Below are positions 1 to 8,870 of a stretch of 28,443 nt of DNA, piece by piece. Both the position numbers and the translations under genes were made by a program. The stretch comes from a virus. The stretch lies in the IMG/VR virus record IMGVR_UViG_3300029825_000558; one strand, 5' to 3'. The first letter of the stretch is position 1; the number at the start of each line of letters is the position of its first letter. The notes beneath the pieces are model-generated. The model worked only from the letters and a program-made list of their open reading frames with translations, was not told the DNA's origin and did not search any database.

Positions 1-3000
1 CTCGGCGGTCTGCTTGGCGGTCTGCTTGGCGGTCTGCTTGGCGGTCTGCTTGGCGGTCTGCTTGGCGGTCGGCTCGGCGGTCTGCTTGGCGGTCTGCTTG
101 GCGGTCTGCTTGGCGGTCTGCTTGGCGGTCTGCTTGGCGACACGGGGGAGCGCGGTCTTGGTGGTGAGCTTACCGGGTATCCTGGCGACCTGGATGGCGA
201 CACGGGGGAGCGCGGTCTTGGTGGTGAGCTTACCCACAAACTAGGCGACGGCGACCGGGAAGAGAGGAGGGGTGATGGCCTGGAGCCCGGAGATGTTAGA
301 GTACTCGGGGAACGTTTCGGCGAGTGTGAGAGAACTTGTGAGAGAGATTGAGGCAGGCTTGTAAACAAAGGGTGAGATGTTGTTACTACGGACATCTCGG
401 AGCCTAATATAAGCTGAGTTATAGAGGGGTTCTGCGGTTGTGCTCGCAATCGACGCGGATCGGCGATCAGAACCTTCGGCTCTCCTTTGGCAAGCGCCGT
501 TGCGTATTGCGCTTTGACCGACCGGGCAACATCTGATCCCCATGTCTCCAGAAATCGATTCAAACTTTTCTCGGCACTCGTCGCCCTGATCACCTTTACC
601 GGGCTACGGCTACTCCGCATGACGTCGATCGCGAGTTTCTCTGCAAAGTAATAGTCGGCGATGTCTTTGATACGCCCGGGTTTTTTCGGGAGGAGTCGAC
701 CAGATAGGATGAGATCCGACCCCCTGACATGAGTGGACTCGATTGACGGGCGGAGTTGCATCGAACCTTCCAGTTTCCTTGTCGCCTGTTCGGAGAGGGT
801 GATTGAGTTGATACCTTCCCGGGTCTTTACGAGTTTCTCCCCCTTGATGCCGAAGGCGATGTATTCAGATGTGCTTTTCGGGGTGAACTGCCGCTCGGCG
901 GCTGCAGTTTCGAGATCATGGAGATCGAAAAGTTTCTCCCCAGTGCGTTTGACGAGTACGCCCGCTTTGCCTTCCGGTATGACAACTTCCTGTCCTGCAG
1001 CGCGATTAATATCCGCAACGATTTTCTGCTGGAATGCCTGTGTACTCGTCACCTGTACATCGAAGTCACGCGGGACCCGGGAGAGCCCGACACCTCCGAC
1101 TTCCCGCCCGATCCCGCGCTGTACGACGCTGCCGTAGAGCTGGGCGCCGTCATCGCGGAGGGCGGTCACGATCGTCTTTGAGACTGCTCTGGGGTTTGGG
1201 ATGCCGTGTTGCGTGACGACCTCGTGGATGACAGGTGATGCCTCTTTCAGCGTCAGTCTGGAGGATTGCGTCACGGTGCGGATATCTCGGGCGAGACCGA
1301 TTCGCTCCCCCTCCACGCCACCGAGAGTCTTCTGAACAATTTTTGACTCAAAGGGGGTTGCAGGAGTGAAGCGCTCGGTGCCCAGAGCCTTGGCGATGTC
1401 GACCTTCGGGGTGCCGGTCGTGAACCTGAGCCCTTCGGCCGTTCTGCCGATGCCAACCAGAGGCCTGAACCCGACGACGTTTCCACGCGATATTTCTACG
1501 CCGAGTGAGGCATATGACTCGGCAGGAAAACCCGCGCGACCCAATGTGGGACGTACCGGGCTTACGGCCGCTGCACGAGAGGCGCCGTGGAAGATGAGTG
1601 CTCCCGCCGCGAGTTCTCCGCCAAACTGTAGGGGGTGCTGGGTTGCGTGAGTTGCGAGGTCGGTGGCGTATTTTGCCGTTCCGGGGGCGAGGGCTGCGAA
1701 AAACTCTTGAGGGTGCCGGGCGGCGTACTCGGCGGCGGGAACGGCTAATCCCATGCTCTGTATTCCTAGAAGGGCGCGCCATCCTCCGGTACCGATCTCT
1801 GCCATCCCGCCGGCGACGGCTTTCGGGATGCCACCTTCGGGGAACATCTGGTCGATCACCTGGTGGGTTGATGCGCGCTGCCTCTCTATCCATTCACTCC
1901 CGGCGGCCTGGATCTTCTCTGTGCCGCCGACTACTGGTGCGGTGACGAGCCCTGTTTTGACGGCGGCATCATAGAGTGGGGTGCTGCTCGGCGGCGGCGG
2001 ATAGTCGGATGTTTTAAGGGGCTTCCCTGCTTTGATGATCCTGAATCCAGTCTGATCCGTGAGGGAGTCTTTTAAGGATACTGCGTCCCGCTGCCGTGCG
2101 GCGAAGTCTGAGACCTCACTAAAATAATCCTGATGCCGGGGGTCCGGGAGGATGTTGAAATTCTGTTGTAGCGAGGTCTGCGCAGCCGCTGCCCGCGCCT
2201 TCTGTTCTGCGATCATCTCCCGGGGGTCGCGGCCATACTTGGCGGTTGCTCCTGTGTATCCTTCCCTGGCGATGGTCTGAGCGATGATCTGCGCTTCGGT
2301 AAGGGCCTGCCCGATCTCGTTCGCGCGTTTGATTGCCTTCTCGTCTCTGGCGGCCTGGAAGTTTGCGATATCGGGGTACTGGACGTTGAAGAGCTCCTGC
2401 TGAATGTAGGGCTGTTTCCACTCGTCGTATCCCTGCGTGGTCTCGCCGGCCTTGAACGCCTTGAGGTAGTCCGAGTACGTCACGTCAGTACGTCGGGCGG
2501 CTTCGGCGTAATCCTCGGAATACTTTTTGTACTCCTCGAATGCCGCGTGGCGCTCCGCTGCCTGTTGCGCCATCGCCTGGAGCATCTCGTGATATGCTTT
2601 CCGTTGTGCGGCTACCTCCATAGAGTGCTCTTCTTCCGCCGCCCGACGGGCCTCGCCGCTCATGAACTCGACGGAACGCCGCTCCTCCTCGGCAGCCACG
2701 TTCTCGGCGAGAGATTCGCCCCTCGGGGCGCTGCCGTCCCGGGGTCGCATGCCCGTGATCCGTTCGGCGAGCATCGGGGTTTTGGGGGCGTCGATTGCCC
2801 CTTTGACGTCCGCGCCCCACCCCATCAACCGATCCTTTTCGGCCCGCTGCCGCCGGGCGGCCGCTTCGACCTGGAGTTTGCGGATCTGTTCCTGCCGGCG
2901 CTGCTGCTGCAGTTGCTGCTGCTGGCGCTGCTGCATGACGGTGTAACTCTGCTGCACCCGCTGCTGCTGTTGCCGGGCCTGGATCGTGATCTCGGAGTCG

Positions 3001-3029
3001 GCGCCGATGGGTTCAATGGGGGCGGCCAT
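1..3029 (-). CDS. Giant protein, 5' part (~1009 codons; runs off the contig start). Gln-rich/coiled-coil N-terminus, central nucleotidyltransferase-like motifs, Ser/Pro/Arg-rich repeat region
   Basis: Hand translation from ATG at 3029 (MAAPIEPIGADSEITIQARQQQQRVQQ...) is stop-free to base 1. It starts 4 nt after the stop of 3034..3708. The track lists no minus ORF in this frame, consistent with one unterminated ORF. Confidence 0.85.
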   Translation of the reverse strand, partial: MAAPIEPIGADSEITIQARQQQQRVQQSYTVMQQRQQQQLQQQRRQEQIRKLQVEAAARRQRAEKDRLMGWGADVKGAIDAPKTPMLAERITGMRPRDGSAPRGESLAENVAAEEERRSVEFMSGEARRAAEEEHSMEVAAQRKAYHEMLQAMAQQAAERHAAFEEYKKYSEDYAEAARRTDVTYSDYLKAFKAGETTQGYDEWKQPYIQQELFNVQYPDIANFQAARDEKAIKRANEIGQALTEAQIIAQTIAREGYTGATAKYGRDPREMIAEQKARAAAAQTSLQQNFNILPDPRHQDYFSEVSDFAARQRDAVSLKDSLTDQTGFRIIKAGKPLKTSDYPPPPSSTPLYDAAVKTGLVTAPVVGGTEKIQAAGSEWIERQRASTHQVIDQMFPEGGIPKAVAGGMAEIGTGGWRALLGIQSMGLAVPAAEYAARHPQEFFAALAPGTAKYATDLATHATQHPLQFGGELAAGALIFHGASRAAAVSPVRPTLGRAGFPAESYASLGVEISRGNVVGFRPLVGIGRTAEGLRFTTGTPKVDIAKALGTERFTPATPFESKIVQKTLGGVEGERIGLARDIRTVTQSSRLTLKEASPVIHEVVTQHGIPNPRAVSKTIVTALRDDGAQLYGSVVQRGIGREVGGVGLSRVPRDFDVQVTSTQAFQQKIVADINRAAGQEVVIPEGKAGVLVKRTGEKLFDLHDLETAAAERQFTPKSTSEYIAFGIKGEKLVKTREGINSITLSEQATRKLEGSMQLRPSIESTHVRGSDLILSGRLLPKKPGRIKDIADYYFAEKLAIDVMRSSRSPVKVIRATSAEKSLNRFLETWGSDVARSVKAQYATALAKGEPKVLIADPRRLRAQPQNPSITQLILGSEMSVVTTSHPLFTSLPQSLSQVLSHSPKRSPSTLTSPGSRPSPLLSSRSPSPSLWVSSPPRPRSPVSPSRSPGYPVSSPPRPRSPVSPSRPPSRPPSRPPSRPPSRPPSRPPSRPPSRPPSRPPSRPPSRPP
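4..135. repeat. 12-bp tandem repeat GGCGGTCTGCTT x11 (one variant GGCGGTCGGCTC), encoding (PSRP)n on the minus strand
   Basis: Direct reading; same unit as at 28344-28443. Confidence 0.98.
136..234. repeat. 39-bp direct repeat with 60-bp period (136-174, 196-234), encoding VSSPPRPRSPVSP twice
   Basis: GGCGACACGGGGGAGCGCGGTCTTGGTGGTGAGCTTACC occurs twice. Confidence 0.95.
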
Positions 3030-3033
3030 AGGA

Positions 3034-3708
3034 TCAGGCCCCTCCGCCGCCCAGGACGAGCGCCAGACCTGCCAGACCCATGACGGCCAGCAGGGCGATC
3101 ACACCGATGTTGCTACCGAACCCACCGATCTTCTCGGTCAGGTTCTTGTTGATCAAAGTCTTGACGAGATATGTGCTCTCGACGCTCTCGCCCCGGCTCC
3201 TGGGAGTCATGCCGGACCAGAACGCGACGCTCTGAACGTTGACCTTCGTGAAGAGCGGCACCAGGACTTCGTCGTTCTTGGAGATCTTCTCGCCGTTCGG
3301 TGCAACGCCGTCTTTGATCGCCTGCAGGAGTTCACGGTTGGTCTTGACGCCGTATTTCTCCTGCACCGCCTCAATGGCGGCCATCTTGTTTGGGTCAGTG
3401 AGGACCCCATACGCGTCGTTGACGTGCTGCAGCTGCACGGCGCCGAACCGGGTACCGCCCGCTTCGAGTTGGAGCCAGTCATACAGCTTGTCGCCAATCT
3501 CGGTCCGGATCTTGCCGTCTACCGACCGACCCCGCAGGAACCGGGACGTGTTGTCGGCAAACGTGACCATGAGGAGTGGGGGCTTGATCTTCGCTAGCGA
3601 TGCCTTGATGTACTCCTGACATGGGCCGGCGAGGACCCAGAGGATCACGATGACGAGGAATTCGAGGATTGCGGCGATGCCGAAGACGAGGCTAAGCATC
3701 GCGGGCAC
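3034..3708 (-). CDS. Membrane protein with N- and C-terminal TM segments (probable virion/assembly protein), 224 aa
   Basis: Track ORF; hydrophobic termini; co-oriented in the structural operon. Confidence 0.8.
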   Translation of the reverse strand: MPAMLSLVFGIAAILEFLVIVILWVLAGPCQEYIKASLAKIKPPLLMVTFADNTSRFLRGRSVDGKIRTEIGDKLYDWLQLEAGGTRFGAVQLQHVNDAYGVLTDPNKMAAIEAVQEKYGVKTNRELLQAIKDGVAPNGEKISKNDEVLVPLFTKVNVQSVAFWSGMTPRSRGESVESTYLVKTLINKNLTEKIGGFGSNIGVIALLAVMGLAGLALVLGGGGA

Positions 3709-3747
3709 CTTCTGTCTTGTTTTTTCTGAAGTTTTCGAGATTCATCT

Positions 3748-4242
3748 TCATTTCCTCCAGGGGTTCAGGCGGCTGAGGATGCCGCCCTTGTCCGGGGCGG
3801 TGGTCTGCGGGGCGTCCTCGTTGCGCCGGTGGATGGTACTGTACTGGCTGATCAGGTTGACCCGCTCGTTCGGCGTCCCGCCCTCGTAGGATTTGCGGAG
3901 CAGCCAGCCGACGAAGAAGAGCAGCTGCTGGAGTTCTGCCGGCGAGAGGGCCGGCTGGGAGTCGTCCCAGGACGCCTTCCGGATGATGTCCTCGATCTGG
4001 AGCAGGTGGATCTCGAGATCCGTCCAGTTCTGGATCTTGCCGAGCTGGAGATGGTGGTTCAGGATCGACCAATACCGCTTTCGGAGCGATTCATCGACAC
4101 CAAACTCTTCCAGCAACATTCTCCACTGTTTCTCGGTGAGAACGGGTTGGGGGTCGTATGCCGGCACGTATGGCTGCTGGGGCTCGGTAGGGCCGTAGTC
4201 CAGATCGTAGGGGTAATCGTACGGGTTAGGTGGCTCGCTCAT
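3748..4242 (-). CDS. Hypothetical protein, 164 aa, Pro/Tyr-rich N-terminus
   Basis: Track ORF; GGAGAGA RBS before the ATG; protein-like composition. Confidence 0.8.
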   Translation of the reverse strand: MSEPPNPYDYPYDLDYGPTEPQQPYVPAYDPQPVLTEKQWRMLLEEFGVDESLRKRYWSILNHHLQLGKIQNWTDLEIHLLQIEDIIRKASWDDSQPALSPAELQQLLFFVGWLLRKSYEGGTPNERVNLISQYSTIHRRNEDAPQTTAPDKGGILSRLNPWRK

Positions 4243-4657
4243 GGCGTAATCTCTCCTTTATGAGGGTGTTCAGGGGGCGGATGGCGAGGATGCCCGGTAC
4301 GATGGGTAGGGACGCCGAGAGTTTGACGGCCGGATACACTGTTTCGACCGGGATCGGGGGGGGTAGGGACACCGAGAGTTTGACGGCCGGATACACTGTT
4401 TCGACCGGGATCGGGGGGGGTATGGACGCTGCCTGAATCGTAATTATATCAATTGCGGCCTCCGGAATGGTGCCGACGACGGTCAGCATGGTCAGCTGCC
4501 AGATCGCGATCCCGGCGGCCACCGCTGTCAGGGTTACGACCCCCTTCTGCTTGCAGTTGGTCGGTACGATGACGGCGATGAACAGGAGGGCGAAGTACAG
4601 GAGGATGATCGCGGAGTAGAGCGGCGGGCCGACCGGCAGCACGATGGTGCTCCTCAT
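4226..4657 (-). CDS. Membrane protein (~143 aa, start MRSTIVLP) with an internal 19-aa duplication
   Basis: Two to three hydrophobic segments; ATGA overlap with the stop of the upstream gene at 4654-4657. Confidence 0.65.
   Translation of the reverse strand: MRSTIVLPVGPPLYSAIILLYFALLFIAVIVPTNCKQKGVVTLTAVAAGIAIWQLTMLTVVGTIPEAAIDIITIQAASIPPPIPVETVYPAVKLSVSLPPPIPVETVYPAVKLSASLPIVPGILAIRPLNTLIKERLRHERAT
4304..4422. repeat. 57-bp tandem duplication (SLPPPIPVETVYPAVKLS[V/A])
   Basis: Units at 4304-4360 and 4361-4417 are near-identical. Confidence 0.95.
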
Positions 4658-5136
4658 GGCTGTGCGTCCCCCCGGCTCCGCACCATGGCGAGGTATGCTG
4701 AGAAGAGCGACAGGATTGAGAAAATCATGAGCAAGAACACGATCCACCCGACTCCCGGGATCTCGTACTGGATCAGGACGGGTTGTATGGTGTGGTCGAT
4801 GACGGCCCCCGTCGTGGCGTTGACGACCGGGACGATCTCGTAGGTGACTTCGCGGACGAGGCCGATCAGGTAGGTCGCGGCGCCGGAGAAGACCAGGGCG
4901 AGCGATGCCGTGAGGACGGCACTCTCGGGATCCCCGTCAGGCCGGTTGTAGCGGATGCTGAGCAAGAGCAGGAAGAGGGCGACGCCGAAGATGGTGAGCC
5001 ATAGGGGGAGGGGGATGGCGTTGTGCTGGACGAGCTCTACCGTCGTGGAGACGTTGGCGGCGGTTGCCGGACCGGCGAGCGCGAGAAGAGTGGCGTGGAG
5101 AGCGAAGGTTCGTCTCGAAAAGGAGGATAGGGGCAT
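4654..5136 (-). CDS. Membrane protein with signal peptide and ~3 TM helices (~160 aa, start MPLSSFSRR)
   Basis: Signal-like ...LLALAGPATAA, NxS/T sequons, hydrophobic segments; GGAGG RBS upstream. Confidence 0.75.
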   Translation of the reverse strand: MPLSSFSRRTFALHATLLALAGPATAANVSTTVELVQHNAIPLPLWLTIFGVALFLLLLSIRYNRPDGDPESAVLTASLALVFSGAATYLIGLVREVTYEIVPVVNATTGAVIDHTIQPVLIQYEIPGVGWIVFLLMIFSILSLFSAYLAMVRSRGDAQP

Positions 5137-5155
5137 TCCATAAGCCTCCTTGGTC

Positions 5156-5491
5156 TTAGAACGATCCTCTGATGATGTACAGAATCGCGGCTGCACCGGC
5201 CACGATGACGCCGATCGCGAGCAGGGTGATCGAGGTGCTGCCGTACTGGTTGACGGTCGTGAGGAGCGCGTAGTAGGCGCTCGTTTCGCACACGGTGCCC
5301 TGCGTGGCGGTATCCAGGTTGCCCAGGACGATGACGGCGACGATGAGCGCGACGACTGCTCCAGTGACGCCGAAGATGATCGACTGCAGATCGGCGACGC
5401 CGTTCTCGTCGATGTGGTACTTGGCCATATCCAGCTGGAACATGAGGTTGTGCCAGGCAGCAGTGATGGCGGTTATGTTGATAATAGACAT
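5156..5491 (-). CDS. Putative major capsid protein of spindle-shaped-virus type (111-aa precursor, two hydrophobic helices)
   Basis: 31-aa N-terminal extension ending DENG, then ~80 aa with two long hydrophobic helices joined by a polar loop (SSV1 VP1/His1 MCP topology). Strong GGAGGTG RBS and its own AT-rich promoter; adjacent to an ATPase. Confidence 0.6.
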   Translation of the reverse strand: MSIINITAITAAWHNLMFQLDMAKYHIDENGVADLQSIIFGVTGAVVALIVAVIVLGNLDTATQGTVCETSAYYALLTTVNQYGSTSITLLAIGVIVAGAAAILYIIRGSF

Positions 5492-5494
5492 GCG

Positions 5495-5565
5495 GTTCCA
5501 CCTCCGTTGGAGAGGAGATTAGTACGCAAAAAAGATATATACCGGACACCATTTAAGCTTAATTT
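5495..5565 (-). promoter_or_regulatory. Putative archaeal promoter and RBS for the capsid operon
   Basis: Minus strand reads ...CTTAAATGG...GTATATATC...GGAGGTGGAACCGCATG. Confidence 0.55.
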
Positions 5566-5578
5566 GCTCAGGGCCTCA

Positions 5579-6469
5579 CTACCGGGCAATTACCATATCA
5601 TTGGTATCGATTTTATCATACTTTGCTGTACCAAACCGCCCGTATTTCTCAATCATGTAGTGTCCCGGTTTAACAGATGAGCGCCTCATTCGGAGTTCTG
5701 AATCTTTGGGAATAAGGGCCGCTTTTAAATAGATCCTCATCATGATCTTCTCAAGTATAGTCCAATCAACTGTCCGTGAATCATGAAACGCTATCAGAAA
5801 TGACATTTTTGTCTTTCTGAGGTCTCGGACAATTGAATCCCTAAACCAGTCTTGAAAGTGCCGTTGCGGATTCTTCGCGTTAAGTCTGAGGATGTGATCC
5901 GCCTCATCGATGATAACGGTAACAAATTCGTCTGGATTCTTATTCTTTTTTATAAAGTAAATGACTTCGTAAATGAAGAACGCGCCCGGGATCCGCTTAG
6001 GGGGGGTGTCAAGGAACTGTGACTCCATAATCTCCTCAAGGAGTTCCTCGTCCATAGAGTAGTGTCGTGGCTCGTAGACAATGTTTACCCACCCCCGTTT
6101 TAAATTCTGTGCAATCTCATACCCAGTATTGTATCTCAGCGTTTCTACTTCAATCGGGTTCCCACTTGTATCTAAAAATGAAATATCGTCACCAAAAAAG
6201 ACATGCACGCAGATTTTTTTTCCTTGAATCAGATGCCAGTTGTCTTCTTCTCGCCCCCTCCAGACCACCGTCTCTTTCATTAACCTTTTTTTTGCGTTAT
6301 CGAAATACGCAACTCTGCCAGCGATGGTTACCAGTAGCGACGTTTTCCCCGTCCCAGGGGGAGCCCATATCGCCGCCAGTTCCCCCCCACTCTCCGGGTA
6401 GTGTGTCAATAGTTCTTGTGAGAGGCGGGCACCCTCACGGATAGATATTTGCTCGCCAAACTGAGACAT
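5579..6469 (-). CDS. P-loop ATPase (viral packaging/extrusion type), 296 aa
   Basis: Walker A APPGTGKTS, Walker B VIIDEA, followed by RK..hhhhFH as in FtsK/HerA-like viral ATPases. Confidence 0.85.
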   Translation of the reverse strand: MSQFGEQISIREGARLSQELLTHYPESGGELAAIWAPPGTGKTSLLVTIAGRVAYFDNAKKRLMKETVVWRGREEDNWHLIQGKKICVHVFFGDDISFLDTSGNPIEVETLRYNTGYEIAQNLKRGWVNIVYEPRHYSMDEELLEEIMESQFLDTPPKRIPGAFFIYEVIYFIKKNKNPDEFVTVIIDEADHILRLNAKNPQRHFQDWFRDSIVRDLRKTKMSFLIAFHDSRTVDWTILEKIMMRIYLKAALIPKDSELRMRRSSVKPGHYMIEKYGRFGTAKYDKIDTNDMVIAR

Positions 6470-6470
6470 A

Positions 6471-6839
6471 TCAATCCTCCGGGTCTTGGAGGTTATTATT
6501 CATGCTATTCATGCTTACCATGTCGCGGCTAAGCACTATGAGATCCTCTTTTAGGGCGATTGTTAACATCTCTTTCCGGATATATCGGAGTTCCATTCGT
6601 GCCACCTTCCACCCCCCCCGAAGATCATCTATAGAGGCAACTGCACGGTCATATCTGGACTCAAGCCCCCGGATCGTGTCGGTATATTCACCAACCCCTC
6701 TCTCTGCGAGCATTGCTGGGATCATTGTGAGATATACTTCTGCCTCGCGTAACAGGTCATAGTTACCTATTGCGTGCGAGAAGTTCCCTATTAATTGTCC
6801 TAGGACCTCTTTCACTGAATCTGAAGGCATTGTAATCAT
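6471..6839 (-). CDS. Hypothetical helical protein, 122 aa
   Basis: Track ORF abutting the ATPase; TATA-like TTAAATA (6859-6865) ~20-26 nt upstream. Confidence 0.75.
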   Translation of the reverse strand: MITMPSDSVKEVLGQLIGNFSHAIGNYDLLREAEVYLTMIPAMLAERGVGEYTDTIRGLESRYDRAVASIDDLRGGWKVARMELRYIRKEMLTIALKEDLIVLSRDMVSMNSMNNNLQDPED

Positions 6840-7058
6840 AGATACTTGATACGGAGTTTATTTAATACCCGGACACGAATCACAGAATCCACCGAAACTA
6901 TATGTCCCCTCCCCCCCTCTATCGATCAACTAAATGGGTGGGGTTGCCGGCGGTTGGCAGCTGCTTGTGGAGCGAAATATTTACCCATAATAGTGAGTAT
7001 TGGTGATGTATTAACCATATGAGATAGATTTTTAACAAGATAGGGTTAATTGATATCC

Positions 7059-7406
7059 ATGCAGCCCCAAGCAGAACTGTCTCGTCATGCTGCAAAGGCA
7101 GCAATCAAATATAATCTACCTGATCTAGTCTACCAGTACTTGCAGTTTGTCGGCAGAGATCGAGAATGGATCGTTGCATTTGATATTGCCAAACACTTCA
7201 ACCTCGGCCCTCGACAAACTGCAATCAGTGATGGCTTGAAGAGGCTGCACGACAACGGATCGAAGAGATTGTTGGATCCTAATCTCATTTCAGAGAGTCC
7301 TATTTTTGTACTTCAAATGAAAAAACGGTGGCACACATCGTCACGAAAAAATGTTCGCGTATTCCTGGTGGAGCGCAACCACTTCTACAAACAATCTTTG
7401 GCCTGA
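7059..7406 (+). CDS. Putative winged-helix DNA-binding protein (~115 aa)
   Basis: Pattern EWIVAFDIAKHFNL...TAISDGLKRLHD...RVFLV; divergent from the ATPase operon. Confidence 0.5.
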   Translation: MQPQAELSRHAAKAAIKYNLPDLVYQYLQFVGRDREWIVAFDIAKHFNLGPRQTAISDGLKRLHDNGSKRLLDPNLISESPIFVLQMKKRWHTSSRKNVRVFLVERNHFYKQSLA

Positions 7407-7642
7407 GAGAATCGGCGCCCAAATCTTTGAGTATCACGGCGATTTAAGGGCAGGTGAAAATAGGGAGGTAGTTTAACCCTTCGGACTATGAGATCGTCCG
7501 TTATATGGCTATTGTGTTGATGGTTTTTTAACGGCGGGTGTCGCTTCTCTCAGGGATTGCGCCGCGTTTCGTGCGTTTTAAGTAAATGTAGAAGATTATA
7601 CGGCCAATAACTGGATGGGGCGGGGGGGATCTGGCCCATAAA

Positions 7643-7909
7643 CTAGATGTTGCTATACTCTTTTTCAACTCCGGCCCCCCCACCCGTGAACGTAAAACCG
7701 AATACGCTCGCGCTCTGTGTTGGAAAACGGGAGCCTGTGGACTCGCTCCCGGTGGGGAGGGGGATGAAGCAGGAAGCCCCCTGCGTAAGCGGGGGGTAGT
7801 TCACCTCCACGAAATAATCGCAACCCAGACAATCGTCGTAATCCACCAGTCCATCAATGGGACAGTAGATATGATGCTCAAACTCGATCTCTCGTGTCAT
7901 CCTCTTCAC
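7643..7909 (-). CDS. Hypothetical Cys-containing protein, 88 aa
   Basis: Track ORF; YCP...DCLGCDY pattern; GAGG RBS. Confidence 0.45.
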   Translation of the reverse strand: MKRMTREIEFEHHIYCPIDGLVDYDDCLGCDYFVEVNYPPLTQGASCFIPLPTGSESTGSRFPTQSASVFGFTFTGGGAGVEKEYSNI

Positions 7910-7965
7910 ATCTCCTTTGCTGATTCTTCTGTTCTCGCATGTGGACAGCCATCCAAGTGGTCAGG

Positions 7966-8103
7966 TCATCCAGCCGCCCCAAGGAACTCCCCCGCCAGCC
8001 GGCCGGTGAGGGGTGCGGAGGGGTTGCCGGCGACGGTCTGCACCGCCCCCACCACGGCCCCAGCGATGAGGGCCAGGGTGATTAGGCTTTGGTTATGTTT
8101 CAT
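7966..8103 (-). CDS. Small hydrophobic ORF, 45 aa (MKHNQSLITLALIAGAVVG...)
   Basis: Hand translation; GGAGG RBS 5 nt upstream. Confidence 0.4.
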   Translation of the reverse strand: MKHNQSLITLALIAGAVVGAVQTVAGNPSAPLTGRLAGEFLGAAG

Positions 8104-8306
8104 GCAACCTCCGGTAAGGGGTTATCGGATCGTTCTCAGTCATACTCTTTAACTCACCACCCTGATTGCCTAAACTCTGCAGTAAAGGCACTCTAACAGG
8201 TAATACGCTCGAAAGGTATATTAATGTTTGGCACTTAATTAGTTGTATGGAGCGCGAAGCGGCAACGTCTTGATGGGTATGGATAGGACCAGGAGTTAAA
8301 ATCTAA

Positions 8307-8870
8307 ATGAGACCACGAGGCAAAGCCGCCCCCTACCGAACCGGCGAATACGCCCTGACACGGAAAGAGTATGAGAAAGCCCTGGCCGCCTGCCAGAACC
8401 TAGAGGACCGGGTGCTGATCATGGTCGGCTGCACCCTCGGCCTGCGGCGCTCTGATATCGTGCGGCTCGAGTGGGCGAACATTGATATCCGGGATCCAGA
8501 GAGTGCGACCGTCACCTACCAAGAGAAGAAGAAGGGCAACCGGCTACGGACGGTCCCAATCGGGCCGAAGCTCGCACAAGAACTTATGATCCTGCGGAAC
8601 ACTCAACCCCGGACACAGAAGACAGTGTTCTCGTTCAAAGACCGGCAGGCATACAACCGGTTCCAAAAGGTCTGCTTGATCGCCGGTATCGAGGAGAGGC
8701 CGTTCCACGCGCTCCGGGCGACGGCGATCAAGTTCATGCAGGCGGCGGGGTGGCGGCCGGAGGAAGTCGCGGAGATCATCGGGGATACGCTCCGGACGAT
8801 CCAGGAGCATTACACTACGCCGAGCCGGTCGGAGCTGGCGGAGGCTGCAAAGGAGAAGGAGGTTGTTTGA
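8307..8870 (+). CDS. int: Tyrosine recombinase/integrase, catalytic domain only (187 aa)
   Basis: LGLRRSDI (R), KKKG (K), FHALR (HxxR), IGDT, EHYT (Tyr); TATA-like GGTATATTAA upstream. Confidence 0.92.
   Translation: MRPRGKAAPYRTGEYALTRKEYEKALAACQNLEDRVLIMVGCTLGLRRSDIVRLEWANIDIRDPESATVTYQEKKKGNRLRTVPIGPKLAQELMILRNTQPRTQKTVFSFKDRQAYNRFQKVCLIAGIEERPFHALRATAIKFMQAAGWRPEEVAEIIGDTLRTIQEHYTTPSRSELAEAAKEKEVV

Noticed and set aside
14-244. Plus-strand (AVCL)n ORF and the alternative minus frame (KQTA)n
   Set aside because: Only the PSRP frame is continuous with the 3029-start ORF and with the C-terminal ORF at 28058..28333.
241-3083. Many short track ORFs on both strands
   Set aside because: They are shadows of the single long minus-strand gene.
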